IMG/VR virus record: IMGVR_UViG_3300049722_000032
Coordinates: 1-31,459 of that record
Reading direction: 5' to 3' (one strand)
DNA from: a virus
Lineage: Duplodnaviria; Caudoviricetes
DNA: 31,459 nucleotides
Position 1 is the stretch's first letter. Each line of letters begins with the position of its first letter. Shown here piece by piece: positions 24,325-31,437 of the stretch. Position numbers and translations under genes: made by a program. The notes under the pieces are model-generated. The model was not told where the DNA came from. It saw nothing but the letters and a program-made list of their open reading frames with translations, and searched no databases.

Positions 24325-26655
24325 TTATTTCATTGCTGCCTGTCCTACGTTGTAGCCCCAGCCTTTATCGATGCCTACCGGTTCGCCTGTTCGTGGATCT
24401 ATCGGCGATGGCGGCGCTTCCGCTTTTCCATTCCCTGCCGCTTTTTTCTGATCCCGTTTTGTGGATGCCAGCACGGTGCATTTGCAGCCCCAGCCGTTAG
24501 GCGGGTAATGTGTCGTCCACCAGGGATCATCCCTCGGTAGTGTTATCCCGTTCCAGGCCAGATGCTGAGGACGCGGATGAACGCTGTTCCCGTGCCGGTA
24601 TTCGAGGTACGGATAGGCTTCCACTACAGTCGGCTCCTGCAACTGCTCCCAGCGGCCCGCCGCATACGATGTCCGCAGGTTGGTGGAGTAAATAACTTCA
24701 CTGCGCCAGTTCCTTGATCCATTGTAATTCCAACCGTGTTCTTCCACGATGTTGTCAAAATCCTTGCGGAAAGTTTCCAGCGTGGTGCCCTCAATAATGG
24801 CCTTATCCACTACATCGCGGAAATCGGTCAGCAGGTCTTCTTTGTAAGCGCCTGCCACTGAAAAGGCTTTGGCGTGTTGCTCTTTCCAGAGATCCGTCCA
24901 CTTCAACGTGGGGATATTTATTTTTTTGCGAAAGAACTTTTCCTGCTCTTTAAACGGTAGTTTAAAGACCGCCATCAATGATGACGAAATCCCCCTCAAT
25001 CCCCCTTTAGAAAAGGGGGAGGAGGCGAATTCAGGGCTTTTTTTTTCCGTCAATCCCGCTAATGTGCCGGTTTCATCACCCACTTCATATCGTCCGGACA
25101 TCTCGGCCAGCATCAATGCCCGCGCGATGGTATTGCCGAGATCTGACGAATCCATTTCTTTAAAAAGTTTTGCTATGCCGCCGCGAAGATCTTTTAGACT
25201 GCTGGCGGAATTGGTCAGTTTTTTTATTTGGGCGATCATCTTGTCGGTATTGGCCGTCGCCATATCAGCCAGCTGGCCGGTTAGATAATCGGCGACATCC
25301 GTATCATCACCCACAGCCTCATCCCGCGTCGCTGCGCTCCAGGTATAATTCGCTTTGGGCTTCCTGCCGGAAGCCACAGGCTCATTAAATTTGGCGTCGG
25401 ATAATGATGCGGTGGCGGTTTTCAAAGTTATTTTGACTAACTCCTCGCCTTCCTGCGGGGCAGGGATGCCGTAGGTCTCGTAGAAATAATCAGTTGTCAC
25501 CGGCAGGCCGCAATCAACCACGAGCGTTTTATCGATGGCGCTGCGGGCGGTCAAATCGGGTTTGGCGTTGGCATAGGTTTTTATTTTCGGATAGTCCGTG
25601 ATATCCGGGAAGTTCAGATCCACAATCCATTTGATCAGGGAATCATTGAGGCAACCGTCGAGTAGATCGGCGTCGGCTTCGGTGATTTCCTGCCGCACGT
25701 CGGCCTGGTTTTTATCATTGCCGAGTTTACCGGGCGTGCCTTCGGTCGATGCCGTCTGGCCCAGCACGGCTTTGGAAATCTGTTTGTCCATGTATTCGCA
25801 AAGCTGTTCGTGGGTGACGTTCCCGGCGCGCGATGCTTCCAGAAATTCCAAATTCATATTATCCGATATGGAAATGCCGGTATCGGTCTGGATGGCCTCG
25901 ATGGCTTCCAGTAATTGCTTTTGTTTGTCCGGCTGGGTGCCCGGCGGATACTTGCCGACCACGGTGGGCATGCCGAATTTTTCCAGGAAGATCATCCAGA
26001 ATTTGACGCCGTTTTTTTTGAACCAGACCGGCCACCACAGACGCTGGCCCAGCCCCCGGCCGTAAGGATTGTCGGAATCTCCGTAGGTGAGCGTAATGAA
26101 TTTGCGCGGCGGCAGAGGTTCACCGATAGTCATGTTTTGTAAGGTGAGCAGGTTCTGTTCCCGCTCCGGCGTGAAGATAAAACGGCGCGGATGTTTGCCG
26201 ATCAGTTTTTGGATATTGATTTTGTTGCCGGTGACTTTCCATATGATTTCGGAACTATAAAAACCGTATAGGATGGCTTTGAGCAACTCCTGCCGCGCCT
26301 GGTCGAAGTTGCAGTCCATCAGAACCTGGGCAACAAAATCAGCGATAGTCTGTTCCTGGGAAGTGGATGCCGGACGTCCCGTTTTGCGGGCGGACTTGGC
26401 CGGTGTGATTTCCCATTCCTTGCCGACAATGGCCATGATCCGTTGCTGTAATACCGATCCCGCATGAGCATCGCGTTCAACTTCGTCATAAAGTTTGAGG
26501 CCCTTGCCCATCGCTTCGGAGCGCAAAACCGGATCAGGATTTTCCAGTCTCTGGATATAGCCCGAATAGATGTCGAAATCCTTCTGAATGGTGGCGATTT
26601 CATCTAAAATCGGCTTGCCGGATGAAAGTTGTCGTCCAAACTGGTCGAGCAGCAT
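24325..26655 (-). CDS. Portal (Mu gp29/DUF935) fused to gpF/gp30 minor head protein
   Basis: Portal motifs AILYGF, NPYG.GL, FLEKFGMP..VGKY, ISKAVLGQT; gpF motifs IY.TN....Y.AGRW and PPNGWGCKC. Confidence 0.93.
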   Translation of the reverse strand: MLLDQFGRQLSSGKPILDEIATIQKDFDIYSGYIQRLENPDPVLRSEAMGKGLKLYDEVERDAHAGSVLQQRIMAIVGKEWEITPAKSARKTGRPASTSQEQTIADFVAQVLMDCNFDQARQELLKAILYGFYSSEIIWKVTGNKINIQKLIGKHPRRFIFTPEREQNLLTLQNMTIGEPLPPRKFITLTYGDSDNPYGRGLGQRLWWPVWFKKNGVKFWMIFLEKFGMPTVVGKYPPGTQPDKQKQLLEAIEAIQTDTGISISDNMNLEFLEASRAGNVTHEQLCEYMDKQISKAVLGQTASTEGTPGKLGNDKNQADVRQEITEADADLLDGCLNDSLIKWIVDLNFPDITDYPKIKTYANAKPDLTARSAIDKTLVVDCGLPVTTDYFYETYGIPAPQEGEELVKITLKTATASLSDAKFNEPVASGRKPKANYTWSAATRDEAVGDDTDVADYLTGQLADMATANTDKMIAQIKKLTNSASSLKDLRGGIAKLFKEMDSSDLGNTIARALMLAEMSGRYEVGDETGTLAGLTEKKSPEFASSPFSKGGLRGISSSLMAVFKLPFKEQEKFFRKKINIPTLKWTDLWKEQHAKAFSVAGAYKEDLLTDFRDVVDKAIIEGTTLETFRKDFDNIVEEHGWNYNGSRNWRSEVIYSTNLRTSYAAGRWEQLQEPTVVEAYPYLEYRHGNSVHPRPQHLAWNGITLPRDDPWWTTHYPPNGWGCKCTVLASTKRDQKKAAGNGKAEAPPSPIDPRTGEPVGIDKGWGYNVGQAAMK
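24987..25022 (-). repeat. Family A element, in frame (SPFSKGGLRGI) at the portal/gpF junction
   Basis: Consensus match inside the ORF. Confidence 0.9.
25321..25388 (-). repeat. Family E element, in frame within portal (NEPVASGRKPKANYTWSAATRD)
   Basis: Near-identical to the intergenic copy at 3936-4002. Confidence 0.93.
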
Positions 26656-26758
26656 GATTATTTCGCCCCTGTCGCGCGCGAGGTTATGTTTATAAACAGT
26701 GTCAATGAAACTCCCGCCCCTTTGCCGCCGGTTAAGGTTGAAAATCTATTGTGGGGCA

Positions 26759-28303
26759 TTATTGCGCCCCCAAATAATTGCTCATGGATGCCCCGGATGA
26801 CACCCTCCGGATACCTGTTGAGGCAAAGCCGGTTACGCCGCCGCCTCTTTGTAAATCATTTATGGCCATTTCGGAGGCGTCCGGGCCGTCGTCATGGACG
26901 GTCGGGTTCATGATATAGACGAACTGCTCTTCCAATATCTTTTGATCGCTGTGTCGCTTTTCAAACTTCATCTTTTTGTGTTCCCACAAATATTCGCAGG
27001 TGCCGATGATGCGCGAATCGATTTTGCTGGTGGTGTGGTGGATGGGCCGCCAGGGTAAATAGCGTTTAACTTGGATTGCATAATTCTGGATCGCCTCATG
27101 AAGAAAATCCTTGAGCATGTTTTCTTCGACGACGACCGGCCCCGGATAATCATCATGCTGCGCGTAAGCAGCGGCGAAGAATTCTCCAATGGAGCGGCGC
27201 TTTATCCAGGCATGCATACAGAAGAATTCCATCTTCACCCGTTCCAGCCCCCAGGTGACCACACTGCGAAAATCGCTGCTGCTGCCAGCGGTGCTCGCCG
27301 GATCAACGCCGGTGGCGTAAATCAATGGCACGCGGAGAAGTTCGACTCGCTCAAAATAACTGACCGTCTCCTGCGGGAAAGGGCTGTCCTCTTCCGTTGA
27401 TTTGTTGCGGTACTCTCTATTGAATATCCGGGTTGTGACCAGCGACTTGCGGCGCATCAATTTATCCCAGGGCCAGCGGGCGGGCCATAAGGTGATATGA
27501 TTTTCTTCATCAACCACGGAATCATAGACTTTTGAGTTGTATAGTTTCTCGCCGGTCTCTTCGTTTTCGGCGGCGATCAATTGCGATATGGCGCTTTTGG
27601 CATGGAAGACGTTGCCGACCATCGTGGCCGAACAATCTCCCTCGATGCAGCCCAGGACTTCGCCCTGGATGAATTCGACGATGGCCCGGGTGACCGCAGG
27701 GCTTCTGACTGTGGCGTTGTCTTCCAGATCGTCGAGGCCGATATCGTCGGGACGGTAAGGGCCGAACTTCTTGCCGCGCCACTGATCGCCGCGTCCCAGG
27801 GCTTCGACCATCGTGCCGCCTTTGGTGACAAACAGGTCGTCTCCCCATATCTTTGTTTTGCCGATGGCCTCGCCGTAATCGTGGCGCAGGCGGGGGTTGT
27901 CTTCCAGTTCAACCTTGATCGAAACGCTGAACCGTTTGGCCTGATCATGGATATTGGAACCCAGCATAATATAGTGGCGCAGTTTCCGAGCGATCCGGTA
28001 GACGCGCAGGCCGAAGGTAACCACAGTGGTCTTGGCGTGATCGCGCGGCGCGCCGATAAGATTGAGACCGGGCATGTCGGCAATCTCGCACCATTCGGCA
28101 TGGCAGTCGGCGGGCGCGGACGGGAAATAATGCGGCATATAGGTTTGCATGAACGTAAGCGGATCAGCGCAACGGGCGATGCGTTCTTTCTTCTTTGCGG
28201 GCGTATCGTTTTCAAACGGAGAGACGCTCTCGGCAATCTTTTTGCGCAACGAGGCGACAAAGTCGTCAAACTGCGGCTCCGAAAGGTTCTGTCTTTTACG
28301 CAT
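26759..28303 (-). CDS. Terminase large subunit
   Basis: APRDHAKTT, RG....RPD.I.LDDLED, GVDPA, HDDGPDA motifs. Confidence 0.93.
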   Translation of the reverse strand: MRKRQNLSEPQFDDFVASLRKKIAESVSPFENDTPAKKKERIARCADPLTFMQTYMPHYFPSAPADCHAEWCEIADMPGLNLIGAPRDHAKTTVVTFGLRVYRIARKLRHYIMLGSNIHDQAKRFSVSIKVELEDNPRLRHDYGEAIGKTKIWGDDLFVTKGGTMVEALGRGDQWRGKKFGPYRPDDIGLDDLEDNATVRSPAVTRAIVEFIQGEVLGCIEGDCSATMVGNVFHAKSAISQLIAAENEETGEKLYNSKVYDSVVDEENHITLWPARWPWDKLMRRKSLVTTRIFNREYRNKSTEEDSPFPQETVSYFERVELLRVPLIYATGVDPASTAGSSSDFRSVVTWGLERVKMEFFCMHAWIKRRSIGEFFAAAYAQHDDYPGPVVVEENMLKDFLHEAIQNYAIQVKRYLPWRPIHHTTSKIDSRIIGTCEYLWEHKKMKFEKRHSDQKILEEQFVYIMNPTVHDDGPDASEMAINDLQRGGGVTGFASTGIRRVSSGASMSNYLGAQ

Positions 28304-28793
28304 TAATACCGGCATTCATGGTCTCCGTCTTAAACTTCATGGTCATGGCGTCAAAATCATTCGCCAGGGTTTTTAAACCTTCGGGATCGTTGTCCGTGAG
28401 CCAGATAACTATCCATTGTAAATTTTCTAAAAATACTTTTGCTTTGTCGTAGCCCACGCCGCCTTCGGTTGCCCGGAATTTAACGACCAGGGAACCGAGT
28501 TTGGAGAGGTTATCCAGGGAGCCGCCGTCTATCGCGCCTGGCTGTTTTTCTTCCGCGAAGGTCAGTTCGCGCTCCAGGAGGGCTTCCATCCGGATGCCGA
28601 AGTTTGCTTTGCGCGTGCGAGCCTTATCCCATTCGTCAAACTCCTCTCCCGGTTTTTTCGTCTGGCCCTTCCACGCGGCAAGCGTTTGGCGGGAGACATT
28701 CAACACGGCCTCGATCTCGGTCAGGTTCTTACCGTCGACGAACATCTGCCGGGCGACCGGCTCCAGTTGTACGCGTGCGCCTTTTTCAGCCAT
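28296..28793 (-). CDS. Terminase small subunit (HTH, DUF1804-like)
   Basis: EI...LNVSRQTL..WK..W HTH directly upstream of the large terminase. Confidence 0.8.
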   Translation of the reverse strand: MAEKGARVQLEPVARQMFVDGKNLTEIEAVLNVSRQTLAAWKGQTKKPGEEFDEWDKARTRKANFGIRMEALLERELTFAEEKQPGAIDGGSLDNLSKLGSLVVKFRATEGGVGYDKAKVFLENLQWIVIWLTDNDPEGLKTLANDFDAMTMKFKTETMNAGINA

Positions 28794-28876
28794 AGCGAGT
28801 CCTTATGTACCCGAAGCGCAGCGCGCGGGGACATTAGAGCGAGCTATCCCTGAGCGTAAGCGAATGGGATTCATAC
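28792..28876 (+). repeat. Family E element, start-type (small terminase ATG)
   Basis: ATAGC-GA-GT..GC-GA-GCTAT (covarying), then CCCT-GA-GC-gtaa-GC-GA-ATGGGAT. Confidence 0.9.
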
Positions 28877-28902
28877 AGCTACATTTATCCATTATTAACA
28901 TT

Positions 28903-28930
28903 CCTGGATTCCGGCCTCCGCCGGAATGAC
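28903..28930 (-). repeat. Family C palindrome
   Basis: 12 nt after the stop at 28943. Confidence 0.9.
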
Positions 28931-28942
28931 GATGTATATTCA

Positions 28943-29188
28943 TCACTTCAGTTCCTCTTCCAGTCGCTTTATCTCTGCGTGGGCGACGGTGAGGTCGGCC
29001 CATTTGTTTTTTAATTCATCCCACTGGCTGTCCACTTCATTAATAAGCAAGTCTTCAGGCCGCGTGAGACTGCAATCCAGATTGATGCAAATCGTCTGCG
29101 TCAAATTTTCGATTTCCAGCCGGAGACGCTTGACTGTATGTTCTAAATTAGTAATTTTTACGCGTTTCAATGCGTTCTGTAAACTCAT
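28943..29188 (-). CDS. Hypothetical coiled-coil protein
   Basis: GGAGGT SD; in operon; helical. Confidence 0.75.
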   Translation of the reverse strand: MSLQNALKRVKITNLEHTVKRLRLEIENLTQTICINLDCSLTRPEDLLINEVDSQWDELKNKWADLTVAHAEIKRLEEELK

Positions 29189-29192
29189 CCGA

Positions 29193-29570
29193 TCAACCTC
29201 CGGCTATTTCTTCTTCCGTAAAGAGCCGCATTGCTTTTTTCTTGCTGACTCGGGTCACGGGACAAAATTCATTTTGGGCTATGGCGGATTTAACCTCTGT
29301 CATCGACTGGATATTAAGGGTGACAATGTCGCGCAAATCTTTGGTGATCGCGGTGAAATCACGGCATAGGGAATCGTGCTCCTTATACATATCCCGTTGT
29401 TCCGTCATGTCATGCTGGTATCTTTCCAGGATAATTGTTATATCCTTTTTATGCTGGTCGATAACATTCCAGATTCGTTTGTTATCCGACCACCACATGA
29501 AAATCACTAATCCGAGAATACCGAAATCACTCACAATTTTCAGGACGCCAGTAAGATTAATTGCTTCCAT
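29193..29570 (-). CDS. Membrane-anchored coiled-coil protein (lysis-region, holin-like)
   Basis: One N-terminal TM segment (FGILGLVIFMWW) followed by a coiled coil. Confidence 0.7.
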   Translation of the reverse strand: MEAINLTGVLKIVSDFGILGLVIFMWWSDNKRIWNVIDQHKKDITIILERYQHDMTEQRDMYKEHDSLCRDFTAITKDLRDIVTLNIQSMTEVKSAIAQNEFCPVTRVSKKKAMRLFTEEEIAGG

Positions 29571-29572
29571 TT

Positions 29573-29809
29573 TTATTCGTCCATCCTTCCTTTATTTTCT
29601 GCCAGTGTCTGACATGTTACGCAGCGGGTGGCCCGCGGGTTTGCCTTTAATCTTTTGGCTGGTATCGGTTCGCCGCAATCGGCACATTCTTGTTTCTGTC
29701 CATTTTGACGGGTCTGAAGACCCGTCCTACATCTGGCAAAATGTTTATCCAAAGATACCTGCCGGAAAAGTTCATCGTTCTCCTGCGTCTTGTCGATGAT
29801 ATCGCCCAT
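29573..29809 (-). CDS. TraR/DksA C4-type zinc finger protein
   Basis: D..D..Q...E N-terminus and CADCGEPIP..R..A.P....CVTCQ. Confidence 0.93.
   Translation of the reverse strand: MGDIIDKTQENDELFRQVSLDKHFARCRTGLQTRQNGQKQECADCGEPIPAKRLKANPRATRCVTCQTLAENKGRMDE
29707..29730 (-). repeat. GTAG-type REP palindrome, in frame in TraR
   Basis: GTAG-GACGGGTCT-tc-AGACCCGTC, 24 nt. Confidence 0.8.
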
Positions 29810-29824
29810 TAGTCATTTCTCATT

Positions 29825-29846
29825 TCCCACGTCACTGCGCTCATTA
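29825..29846 (-). repeat. Mini family E element, stop-type
   Basis: TAATGA-GC-gca-GT-GA-CGTGGGA. Confidence 0.7.
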
Positions 29847-30095
29847 CGGTTTCGGTTCCGCTTTAAATTCGGAAAGGTTCTGCCCTAATTTCCCCAGACC
29901 AACGATCCCATTGGCCAGGCCGTAAATGATGTAAACACCGGTCGGGACATCCACCATTTCCCCTTTGTAACTAGAAACACCAGCCCACACCAACCAGAAA
30001 ACAATGTTCGAGATGAGTGTTGTGAATAGAAAAGCGAAACGGTTGCTGGAAAATGTCGTCGCGGTATCAAGTAATTTTTTAAAGAAATCTATCAT
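29844..30095 (-). CDS. Putative holin (2 TM)
   Basis: AGGAGGT SD; SSNR motif followed by two hydrophobic helices; lysis-cluster position. Confidence 0.65.
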   Translation of the reverse strand: MIDFFKKLLDTATTFSSNRFAFLFTTLISNIVFWLVWAGVSSYKGEMVDVPTGVYIIYGLANGIVGLGKLGQNLSEFKAEPKP

Positions 30096-30121
30096 AAGAG
30101 ACCTCCTATATTTCACCCTTC

Positions 30122-30186
30122 ACCCCGTTCACTGCGTTCAGGGGTAATTCGCTTTGGGATCCCATCCGGGATCCACAGGCTCATTA
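30122..30186 (-). repeat. Family E element, stop-type
   Basis: TAAT-GA-GC..GGATCCC-ggat-GGGATCC..GC-GA-ATTA-CCCCT-GA-AC-gca-GT-GA-ACGGGG. Confidence 0.9.
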
Positions 30187-30753
30187 AAATCTATATTCCG
30201 CTTGAATCATCGCCTTGCCGTCGCCCAGCGAATTAACTTCACCGTAAAGACCCAGATGAACAGCGCCAACCCGTAAAACGTCCCAGCGGCCATAAATATC
30301 CGCTTCATAATTTATTTTTGATGCTGTGCTGAATCCGTAACGCAAGCCGATCGCCTTTTTATTTTCCAACGCGAAAAAGGAAAGAGGTTCCTGCTTGGCG
30401 CTTATTTCTGTAACTCCGGTGGTTGTATCCATGACTGCCAAAATATCGGTTTTCCCGGTGGTATCGGTCGCGGGAGTTTGAGCCGTGGCGACTATCTGCT
30501 TTTTATCGTCATTGGCAATTTCGTCAGAGAGTTTAAGTTTTTTAGAGACGGCTTTCTTTTCGAGGGCGACAATCTGTTTGACCGGTAAATTAACGGACGA
30601 AAGCTTCGCCGCTGCCGGAATGGGCGTAACTTTGGTGTATTCCGTTTTCGATAATGTCACCGGATGGTGGTACCAACTCCAGACGGTAACAAAAATTATC
30701 AGGATAACAATTGCCACGATTATTGTGATTTTTGTTTTGTCAGCGGGTGTCAT
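30184..30753 (-). CDS. Membrane-anchored lysis-region protein, candidate spanin
   Basis: N-terminal TM; C-terminal amphipathic beta strands ending EYRF. Confidence 0.6.
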   Translation of the reverse strand: MTPADKTKITIIVAIVILIIFVTVWSWYHHPVTLSKTEYTKVTPIPAAAKLSSVNLPVKQIVALEKKAVSKKLKLSDEIANDDKKQIVATAQTPATDTTGKTDILAVMDTTTGVTEISAKQEPLSFFALENKKAIGLRYGFSTASKINYEADIYGRWDVLRVGAVHLGLYGEVNSLGDGKAMIQAEYRF

Positions 30754-30911
30754 TAAAGCCCTCTGCGCTTATTTTTTTTGAAGGTCTTGCTTCTGCCGGT
30801 GTAGCGATGATAGTAACCGGCTTGCGGAGTGCTCGCTGCGGCCATCGCCAGTCGATCAATCCCTTTCCCGGCCATCACCAGGCCTAACATCCCCAGTATT
30901 TTTTTCAGCAT
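30753..30911 (-). CDS. Small 52-aa basic protein (not in the ORF track)
   Basis: GAGGT SD; MLKKILGMLGLVMAGKG...KTFKKNKRRGL; TAATG-coupled to the next gene. Confidence 0.6.
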   Translation of the reverse strand: MLKKILGMLGLVMAGKGIDRLAMAAASTPQAGYYHRYTGRSKTFKKNKRRGL

Positions 30912-30928
30912 TTTTACCTCTTAATTTT

Positions 30929-30956
30929 CCTGGATTCCCGCCTACGCGGGAATGAC
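30929..30956 (-). repeat. Family C palindrome
   Basis: 4 nt after the endolysin stop. Confidence 0.9.
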
Positions 30957-30960
30957 ATTT

Positions 30961-31437
30961 TTATACGTCCTGAAAGTGCGGCATGTCGGGGTTCTTAAAT
31001 CTACCGCCCCAATGCAGCCCCACGGATTCGCCTATTTTGCCCGTTTCCATATAGTCGGGCTGTTGATCTTGATTTACGTCAACCTTGATATCCCAGACCG
31101 GTTGACCGTCACGGGTGATGGCAATATCGAAAGCGCGCGATTTGTCATTATTCGGATTGCCGTCATCGAGATCGACGAGGTGTTCGGAATGAAGCGTCCA
31201 TGTTACCTTGTGCTGGTTTTGCTGAAAACTGATCGGCGGAAGTTCGGCTAGAGCCCGTAACGTGTTGACGTTTTCCAGTGATTCGCGTCCTTGTGCGTAA
31301 AGGGCGCGTTGTTCTTTAATAGTTCGCGCCGTGCAGGTGATGAGAAAGGGAATGCCCGCAGCCTGCATAGCAACGGCGAAGAGTTTTATCTTCGCCTGCA
31401 ATGATGGTGTGCAATCTTCGATTCTGCGTGATGCCAT
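30961..31437 (-). CDS. Endolysin, M15-family L-Ala-D-Glu peptidase
   Basis: R...EQ.ALYAQGR, VTWT..S.H, AFD, GL.WGG.F...D.PHFQ motifs. Confidence 0.92.
   Translation of the reverse strand: MASRRIEDCTPSLQAKIKLFAVAMQAAGIPFLITCTARTIKEQRALYAQGRESLENVNTLRALAELPPISFQQNQHKVTWTLHSEHLVDLDDGNPNNDKSRAFDIAITRDGQPVWDIKVDVNQDQQPDYMETGKIGESVGLHWGGRFKNPDMPHFQDV

Noticed and set aside
25321-25388. Self-splicing intron or intein in portal
   Set aside because: It is far too short, lacks group I/II or intein motifs, and the same sequence occurs intergenically.
3936-30186. Canonical integron attC cassettes
   Set aside because: No consistent RYYYAAC/GTTRRRY boxes and no integrase, and the elements occur in both orientations; attC is used only as an analogy.
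3936-30956. CRISPR array
   Set aside because: The repeats are dispersed between genes, not regularly spaced with short unique spacers; no cas genes.
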